Source: Candidatus Babeliales bacterium
GTDB taxonomy: Bacteria > Babelota > Babeliae > Babelales > JANWKD01
Assembly: GCA_963722075.1 (NCBI GenBank)
Contig: CAVRJM010000001.1
Location: 256,001 to 320,000, forward strand
Direction of reading: 5' to 3'
DNA: 64,000 nt
Part shown: positions 57,431-64,000 of the stretch, piece after piece
How the letters are laid out: the number at the start of each line of letters is the position of its first letter
How positions within the stretch are numbered: position 1 is the stretch's first letter
Translations under genes and position numbers: made by a program
Notes under the pieces: model-generated
What the model was told of the DNA's origin: nothing
Seen by the model: only the letters and a program-made list of their open reading frames with translations
Databases searched by the model: none

Positions 57431-58687
57431 GTGAAAAAAATGACATATCAGTTATTGCTGTTTGTTATGGTGTGGTTTCCTCTTACTTATAGTTGGCAAG
57501 GACATGTAATACCTATTGCTTTTGATAATGGTCTATGGAAAATTTTATTAGTGCATGATAGAAATGTGCTTCTTTGGAGTGATTTCAGAAAGGATGGTAC
57601 TGGCTCTCGTAAAAAAGGAAATGTAATTGCGGCTCAAGCATTAGCAGTGCAAACCAATAATATGTATCATGTTAACCCGGCAGATTTAAAATATTTTCCG
57701 ATAATAGAAGAAAAGCGTGGACGGGTTTATTTTGTTAAAGTTCCATTTATCAGAGGTAAAGAACTTTATGAAAATGCCCGCACAGCGGCTAAAGATGATT
57801 TTGCATGGGTGGCTATAGCAGATATTGTTGCTGGTAAGTTACTACAAACACCGCGCGGTAAGCCAATACAAGTAGGTAAAACAACTAAAGAAATTTTACA
57901 ATTTATCAAAAATTATTATGAAGCTATATTAGCAGCATTAACGGAGCCAATTGAAGCAATGCCTTCTGCTAAAAATTGCTGGCTTAATATTCCCGGTGCT
58001 ATTTATTTTTATGAAAGTGGTAAACCGTATTTTGAGTTTACTAATTTTGCGCGCTATCCAGTAGTACTTGATGGTGAGCAGTGGCCTACCACTGAACATT
58101 ATTATCAAGCTCAAAAATTTATTCATCATCCGGATTTGCAAAACAAAATAAGAAACTTAAAAACGCCACGAGAAGCATTAGATTTTGCACGTAGGCATAA
58201 AAATGAAATTGACCCCGATTGGCATGATCGCAGTATTTCTGTAATGCTAACCGCAGTACGTGCTAAATTTAATCAACATGCTACGTTACAGAAACTATTA
58301 GTAGATACGGGGAACGTTACTATAGTAGAAAATGCCGGCCAACATGATAATTTTTATGGTGCCGGTGCTGATGGCAAAGGAAGAAATGTATTGGGTCAGA
58401 TATTGATGCGCGTGCGTGCTGAATTACAAGGTGTTGTTGATCCAGGAGATGATTTTATATGTTACCCAAATGCAGCAGATTATTTTGCTGGTAGTAATGG
58501 TGAGGTATGTACTGCGGGTATTGTAACGAGGCCGCAAACAGAGCAGCGGATGCAGCCTCAAGAAAGTGAACTTGAAAAAAAATTAACAACTCTTAAATCG
58601 GCACTCAATAATCTGCTAGCTTTATTAACAGGATCTAGTTCATCAAGTCGTGGGCATTATTCATTATGGCGAGTTACTAGAAGTTAA
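57431..58687 (+). CDS. Secreted pseudo-Nudix plus NADAR (YbiA-like) fusion protein
   Basis: GTG start; WSDF Nudix-like N-domain; NADAR motifs FTNF, WPTTEHYYQAQKF, AKFNQH, LVDTG, IVE...D.FYG.G.DG.GRN.LG.ILMRVR. Confidence 0.85.
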   Translation: MKKMTYQLLLFVMVWFPLTYSWQGHVIPIAFDNGLWKILLVHDRNVLLWSDFRKDGTGSRKKGNVIAAQALAVQTNNMYHVNPADLKYFPIIEEKRGRVYFVKVPFIRGKELYENARTAAKDDFAWVAIADIVAGKLLQTPRGKPIQVGKTTKEILQFIKNYYEAILAALTEPIEAMPSAKNCWLNIPGAIYFYESGKPYFEFTNFARYPVVLDGEQWPTTEHYYQAQKFIHHPDLQNKIRNLKTPREALDFARRHKNEIDPDWHDRSISVMLTAVRAKFNQHATLQKLLVDTGNVTIVENAGQHDNFYGAGADGKGRNVLGQILMRVRAELQGVVDPGDDFICYPNAADYFAGSNGEVCTAGIVTRPQTEQRMQPQESELEKKLTTLKSALNNLLALLTGSSSSSRGHYSLWRVTRS

Positions 58688-58698
58688 AAGGATATCGT

Positions 58699-59556
58699 AT
58701 GAATAGTAAATTATTAATAATATGTTCATTGCTCATTAATTGTTCAATGCACGCGGCAATGATACGCGTTTTACCGGTGACGCTGTTTCAAGGGGAATGG
58801 TATGGACTATTTGCTCATGAATCAAAAGAGCCTGATTTAAATAAAGGATGGACCGACTTTAAGGGATTAAAAGATGATACTCGCAACAATGAAGAACAGG
58901 CCATTGATATTGTTAATAAGCAAACGAATTATACTTTGGCCATAACGCAAGAATATTTTCAGAAATGGGTTGTTGGCGTGGAGCTAGAAAAAAGTTTGTT
59001 ATATGTGATTAAATTCCAGCTGCCAAAAGATTATACATTAGACAAAATACAAGAAACATTAATTCTACTTACACCTAAACAATTCCAATATGATCTATAT
59101 GCATTTATCCCTATTAACAAAATTATTAACAATAAAAAAATATCCCTCTCACTACGAAGAAAAGAAGATATTATTGCTGGAAGAGAAATTGCCTTAATGA
59201 TTAATAATGCACAAATTAATGACGATATCAAAAATATTTTGCAACTTAATTGGTCCAAAATACGTCCAGAGATTATAAAATTAGATTGGAAAAATAAAGG
59301 AATTAGTAGTGAACTCCCCATTGAGGCTAAAAAACCAACCAGCACAAAACCAATGGTGAAAAGCCCAATAGAACGAGAATTGATGAGACTTAAATCAAGC
59401 TTAAATGATTTATATAATGCATTACCCACGCTATCCTATCCTGAGTATGAACCAGAAATATATAAGAAAAAAGAAATGAAAGAACTGGAAGAGCCTGAAG
59501 AAGAAGAAAGCAGAGGTTGGCTCAGTTTGTTCCAGTGGGCTGGGCAATTTCAATAA
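58699..59556 (+). CDS. Secreted degenerate Nudix-fold protein
   Basis: IRVLPV...GEWYGLFAHE..GWTDF..VNKQT; acidic tail. Confidence 0.6.
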   Translation: MNSKLLIICSLLINCSMHAAMIRVLPVTLFQGEWYGLFAHESKEPDLNKGWTDFKGLKDDTRNNEEQAIDIVNKQTNYTLAITQEYFQKWVVGVELEKSLLYVIKFQLPKDYTLDKIQETLILLTPKQFQYDLYAFIPINKIINNKKISLSLRRKEDIIAGREIALMINNAQINDDIKNILQLNWSKIRPEIIKLDWKNKGISSELPIEAKKPTSTKPMVKSPIERELMRLKSSLNDLYNALPTLSYPEYEPEIYKKKEMKELEEPEEEESRGWLSLFQWAGQFQ

Positions 59557-59568
59557 AAAAGGATACTA

Positions 59569-60318
59569 ATGAAGAAGCAAATACTGGTATTTTTAACATT
59601 AATTTTTTTTAGCCATCATATGAATGCATGGCAGGTACGCTTATTGCCGGTTACGTATTATGAAGGCGTATGGTATGGATTATTTGGCCATGAAAAGGGA
59701 AGTGCTGATTGGCAAACAGGGTGGACGGATTTTTACGCGCACGGTTTGTTGTGGCAGGATGCGGTAAAGCTTATTATTGGCGAATATAATAAACAAACGC
59801 TTGATTTAACCAATATGACCAAAGAGTATTTAGAGAAATGGGGAGTACCCATCAAATTGAAGTCAGATGTAATGTATTTTGTATATTTTCAATTGGCAAC
59901 ATTACCTGAAAATTTTCAAAATAATCTAACGCAAGCGCTTTATGAAGGTGGAAATATAATTAACGCAGCTGCCCTTATACCAATTGATAATATTATTAAT
60001 AATGAACCTATCAAGATTGAAGATCTTGTATTGAAGGGGGTAGGCCGAGAAATAAGTATGATTACTCTTGATAATATTCAAGTTAATGATGATATAAAAG
60101 AAATTTTACAAAATAATTGGCAACAAGCGCATAAAGAACTTCGTAAAAAACTTTATGAAATAGCTGTCGGAGAACCCGGTTTGGCTATTCCTGAAGAACC
60201 TAGACGCGCTCATGTAGTAAGAAGAAAATTAGGTACTGAACAGAAAACATTGCCATTTACGGCGCTATTAGATTCTTTGCGTACGAAATTACAATCTTTG
60301 CGGCAAGCATTACGTTAA
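59569..60318 (+). CDS. Secreted degenerate Nudix-fold protein
   Basis: WQVRLLPV..GVWYGLFGHE..GWTDF..YNKQT; close paralogue of 58699-59556. Confidence 0.6.
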   Translation: MKKQILVFLTLIFFSHHMNAWQVRLLPVTYYEGVWYGLFGHEKGSADWQTGWTDFYAHGLLWQDAVKLIIGEYNKQTLDLTNMTKEYLEKWGVPIKLKSDVMYFVYFQLATLPENFQNNLTQALYEGGNIINAAALIPIDNIINNEPIKIEDLVLKGVGREISMITLDNIQVNDDIKEILQNNWQQAHKELRKKLYEIAVGEPGLAIPEEPRRAHVVRRKLGTEQKTLPFTALLDSLRTKLQSLRQALR

Positions 60319-60328
60319 ATATAGAAAA

Positions 60329-60490
60329 TGTCATCATGAGGAACTTGCGTCCGACTTCGCCAAGGCTACGACGGATTTCTTAATAGCAAGTGCGTGTCCG
60401 GCGGAGTTTTAACGGAGACGGAACGTAATGATCCAGTGAATAAAATTAAAACATTATAACTGGATTCTTACGCTAACGCTCAGAATGAGA
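60329..60490. repeat. Family A REP-like pair with two family B hairpins inserted
   Basis: TGTCATCATGAGG..[60350-60375; 60397-60422]..ACGTAATGATCCAG-AT spacer-CTGGATTCTTACGCTAACGCTCAGAATGA. Confidence 0.8.
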
Positions 60491-60502
60491 GGCGTTAGCG
60501 CA

Positions 60503-62746
60503 TTATGTTGATTTTTTAGTGCTATAACCACATTCTTTATTAGGACATTGCAAGGTAATTGAACCGTCCTTTTCATATTTTTTAAGTAAATAAGGACTTT
60601 TGCATTGTGGGCACTCTATTTCTTCAATATCATCAAAAATAACAAATTTACATTTAGGGTAATTTTTACAGCCCCAAAATGGTTTGCCTTTCCATTGCTT
60701 TTTGATTATTTCGCCACCATCAAGTGGGCAAGGAAATGATGCTTTAACTTGTTGTATGTACTTACAATCGGGATATCCTGAACAAGCTACAAAAGGACCA
60801 TATTTTCCAACCACCGTGCGCAATGGTTTTCCGCATTGGGGACATTTTTCTTCTAATAATTTAGGTGCTTCCATTGCTACCAATTCTATTGAGCCATCTT
60901 CTTTGCGTTTAAAATTACTCGTGAAAGTACATTCAGGATAATTAAGACACCCAATAAAATGGCCTGCTTTACCAACACGAATAGCCAGGTCCCCCGTTTT
61001 ACATTTAGGACACTTCATGCCAATAGGTTCAGCTGGACGTCTAGCTTCACCACGGAAGGTATCAAGATCTTTTTCAAAAGCATCATAAAATTCTTTTAAT
61101 AAAGTATCACGCTCCAGCGTACCATGGGCAATTTTATCTAAATCACCTTCCATAATCGCGGTAAATTTATAATCCATTATTTTAGGTAAATTTTCGGTGA
61201 GCATTTTAACCACGGTCATACCAAGTTCGGTGGGACTAAACCTTTTTTTACTATCAAGCGTAGTATATTCGCGTGTTCTAATAGTGTTTAAAATAGTCGC
61301 ATAGGTACTTGGGCGCCCAATACCTTCTTTTTCAAGCTCTTTAACTAAGGAAGCTTCTGTAAAGCGTGGCGGTGGTTGGGTAAAATGCTGCTTTGGGGTA
61401 ATTTTTTTCAAATCAAGCGGCGCTTTTGCTTTAATATCTTTTGGTATCACCACTTTTTGTTCTTCTTCATCTTCATCAAGCCCATATACCTTTAAAAAAC
61501 CATCAAATAAAAGGGTAGAACCAGTAATTTTAAAGGTAAATTTATCACCAATTATAGTGACCGTTCGTTGTGCGTATAATGCAGGTTTCATTTGACAAGC
61601 AACAAACCGTTGCCAAATTAGTTCATATAATTTTGCCGCATCAGAAGAAAGATATTTTTTTGCGTATTCGGGTGTAATTGCAATATTAATTGGACGAATT
61701 GCTTCGTGTGCATCTTGTGCTTTACCACCCTTAACATATACGTGCGCTTTAGGGGGTAAATAATTCTTGCCAAATTGTTTATCAATAAAGGTGCGCGCTT
61801 CTTTAAGAGCGACCTCTGAAATGCGCAATGAGTCGGTTCGCATATAGGTGATGAGCGCTACAGGAGTAGTTTCATCCTCAAGCGGAATACCTTCATATAA
61901 ATTTTGGGCAACTTGCATGGTCCTCTTTACCGCAAAACCCAAGCGGTTATAGGCAGCTTGTTGCAAGGTACTGGTCATAAAAGGAGCATTAGGATTTTTA
62001 AGCCGCTGTTTGTCTTCAACACTATCAACGATAAAAGACGTTTTTTTGAGTTGATCTTGAATTTTTTTTGCTTCTGTTTCAGAGGGTATCTCGGCCTTTT
62101 TCTTATTGATATGGGTTAGCGCGGCTGAAAACGTTTCTTTTTCATAACCAAATAACCCGGTAATTGACCAATATTCTTCGGGTTTAAAAGCGCGAATGGC
62201 TTCTTCGCGATCGCAAATTATTTTAAGAGCAACCGATTGAACGCGTCCTGCTGAGAGCCCTTTGGTTATTTTTCTCCATAAAATTGGCGATACTTCGTAG
62301 CCTACCCAGCGATCAAGAACGCGTCGTGCCTGTTGCGCGGCTACCTTTTGCATGTCAATATCATAAGGATGTTCAATAGCCTCGATAATGGCAGGCTTGG
62401 TTATTTCGTTAAAAGTGATTCTATGGATTTTATTCTTATTCTTTATAACCTTTTTAATTTCCTGTGCAATATGCCAGGCAATAATTTCACCTTCTCTATC
62501 AGGATCGGGGGCTAAAAAAACCTCATCAGCACTTTGAGCAGCTTTACAGATATCGTTAATGACTTTTTGCTTATTCTCTAAAACCACATAATCTATGGTA
62601 ATGCCATCGTTCATATCAATACCCAGCTCTTTTGAGGGTAGATCCTTGATATGCCCTATAGTAGACATTACCTTGAAGTCTTTATCCAGAAATTTAGAGA
62701 TGGTCTTAATTTTTGCTGGTGATTCTACAATTAATAATTTTTTCAT
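60503..62746 (-). CDS. topA: DNA topoisomerase I
   Basis: LIVESPAK, DPDREGE, SAGRVQS, ITYMRTDS, QDAHEAIRP, GIGRPSTY, C-terminal zinc ribbons. Confidence 0.98.
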   Translation of the reverse strand: MKKLLIVESPAKIKTISKFLDKDFKVMSTIGHIKDLPSKELGIDMNDGITIDYVVLENKQKVINDICKAAQSADEVFLAPDPDREGEIIAWHIAQEIKKVIKNKNKIHRITFNEITKPAIIEAIEHPYDIDMQKVAAQQARRVLDRWVGYEVSPILWRKITKGLSAGRVQSVALKIICDREEAIRAFKPEEYWSITGLFGYEKETFSAALTHINKKKAEIPSETEAKKIQDQLKKTSFIVDSVEDKQRLKNPNAPFMTSTLQQAAYNRLGFAVKRTMQVAQNLYEGIPLEDETTPVALITYMRTDSLRISEVALKEARTFIDKQFGKNYLPPKAHVYVKGGKAQDAHEAIRPINIAITPEYAKKYLSSDAAKLYELIWQRFVACQMKPALYAQRTVTIIGDKFTFKITGSTLLFDGFLKVYGLDEDEEEQKVVIPKDIKAKAPLDLKKITPKQHFTQPPPRFTEASLVKELEKEGIGRPSTYATILNTIRTREYTTLDSKKRFSPTELGMTVVKMLTENLPKIMDYKFTAIMEGDLDKIAHGTLERDTLLKEFYDAFEKDLDTFRGEARRPAEPIGMKCPKCKTGDLAIRVGKAGHFIGCLNYPECTFTSNFKRKEDGSIELVAMEAPKLLEEKCPQCGKPLRTVVGKYGPFVACSGYPDCKYIQQVKASFPCPLDGGEIIKKQWKGKPFWGCKNYPKCKFVIFDDIEEIECPQCKSPYLLKKYEKDGSITLQCPNKECGYSTKKST

Positions 62747-62907
62747 AGGCCTCTTTTTTTAAGAGCTCAAAATAATTTATATATAATAATAGATTTAGCG
62801 TATTAAACAATATTGTAATTTTTTTTCAATCAATATAGGCTCTTTTTACTTAATAATAAATTAATTATTTTCAAAATGTCAAATATTTGTAAAAAACAAA
62901 GAGGGAA

Positions 62908-63720
62908 ATGCTAATGTTAACTGCAAATGGAAATTCAGGTAATAATGTTTCTAATATTACTAGTAATATTAGGGAATTGCTGGGTATATGGAAAGAGACC
63001 TTTTTTTACCTATTTAATAAGAAGCTTTGGTTGGTAAGCTTAAAAACGGCTTTGGGGACCTACCAGGTGCTTTTTTACCAATTCTGGTGGCTTATAGCGT
63101 TATGCTTGGGTATTCAGCTTCTGGTTTGGAACTACCTGTTTTTAAATCTGACCAGTTATTTATGGCTCTTATCCTGGACTTTTATGGCTCTTATTATTTT
63201 TCTTTTAATACGCGCTTCATTATGTAAAAAGGACTACAATTATTTTCGTAGTTTTATTAAAGCTAATTATATTTTTTTTATTATTATAACCACAGGATTT
63301 TTAACCTGTTGGGAATTTTTGTGGTTAAGCTATATGGAAGGTAGTTATTGGGCAATACTATTGTTATATTTTTTGGTGGTGCCATTATTTTGCATCTACA
63401 CTTTTTTTTATCTTGATACAATTTCCATTAGATTAAAGATAAAAAGAATGGGGAGTGCATTACTATTTCTTTTTTATACATTTCCCTATGTAATGATCAT
63501 TGTATTAGCGACAATTATTCTTTATCTTATTTCAATATTTATGCTGGTACTATGTATGTATGCTTCAAAATACTTTGAAATAATATGGTGGTTTTATCCG
63601 CTGATGTCCAGCCTATTTACACTTGCTGATGCTTTTTTTGCACCAATTTTTTTATCTTTCATTAATACCATTTATACTAAGCAAGTGCATGATCATTATG
63701 ACTTATATGCATTACAGTAA
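62908..63720 (+). CDS. Polytopic membrane hypothetical protein
   Basis: About 6 hydrophobic segments; GAGGG RBS. Confidence 0.7.
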   Translation: MLMLTANGNSGNNVSNITSNIRELLGIWKETFFYLFNKKLWLVSLKTALGTYQVLFYQFWWLIALCLGIQLLVWNYLFLNLTSYLWLLSWTFMALIIFLLIRASLCKKDYNYFRSFIKANYIFFIIITTGFLTCWEFLWLSYMEGSYWAILLLYFLVVPLFCIYTFFYLDTISIRLKIKRMGSALLFLFYTFPYVMIIVLATIILYLISIFMLVLCMYASKYFEIIWWFYPLMSSLFTLADAFFAPIFLSFINTIYTKQVHDHYDLYALQ

Positions 63721-63729
63721 GGTAGGTAT

Positions 63730-64000
63730 ATGACTATAATAAGAACATTATTTTTCTATTTCTGTTTTATTATTGCGGTGGTAGTGGCATTGATCCCCTG
63801 CTTTTTCTTATCATTATTGCCTGCTTCAAAGCGGTATGATAATAAAGTATATTTTTTCTTCATGCATCTTTTTTATCGCCTCTGTTTATTTGGTACCTGG
63901 TTACCAATAACGGTAATCGGCAAAGAAAATATGCCTGTTGATGGTTCCATTATAATTGCTAATCATCAATCAGCTTTAGATGTTGTGTTAATCGGTGCTC
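63730..64000 (+). CDS. plsC: 1-acyl-sn-glycerol-3-phosphate acyltransferase (3'-truncated by window edge; absent from the ORF track)
   Basis: ATG 63730 frame reads MTIIRTLFF...V.GKENMP..GSIIIANHQSALDVV, containing the NHxSxxD motif. Confidence 0.85.
   Translation, partial: MTIIRTLFFYFCFIIAVVVALIPCFFLSLLPASKRYDNKVYFFFMHLFYRLCLFGTWLPITVIGKENMPVDGSIIIANHQSALDVVLIGA

Noticed and set aside
3032..60490. Palindromic repeats as a CRISPR array
   Set aside because: Copies are dispersed and variable, with no regular repeat-spacer period and no cas genes.

Overview
AT-rich bacterial chromosomal window in the standard genetic code. Gene content suggests an intracellular parasite of protists, most likely Candidatus Dependentiae (TM6/Babelota); this is inferred from content, not from a database match. 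Housekeeping genes are tolB (partial), ftsH, rpmB, rpsT, lepA, grpE, ssb, pgsA, mnmA, tsf-pyrH-frr, tRNA-Lys(CTT), tRNA-Leu(TAG), tig, trxB, ltaE, an FKBP, dnaJ, argS, a TonB-like gene, topA and plsC (partial). They are interleaved with about 30 genes for signal-peptide proteins, many in tandem paralogue arrays with eukaryote-like modules (ankyrin, Skp1/BTB-LRR, BC-box/NLS/WD40, J-domain/NLS, Nudix and pseudo-Nudix/NADAR). One IS701-like element interrupts a WD40 paralogue, and two families of short palindromic repeats nest inside each other. Highlights: (1) 17 exported proteins whose predicted mature chain starts with Met plus a bulky residue; (2) an FtsH with two intact tandem AAA+ modules; (3) a secreted pseudo-Nudix/NADAR family with a shared ~20-aa helical tag; (4) a translationally coupled J-domain/NLS array; (5) a ~650-nt hairpin-dense non-coding region; (6) a hairpin that is flipped between two tRNA 3' trailers.
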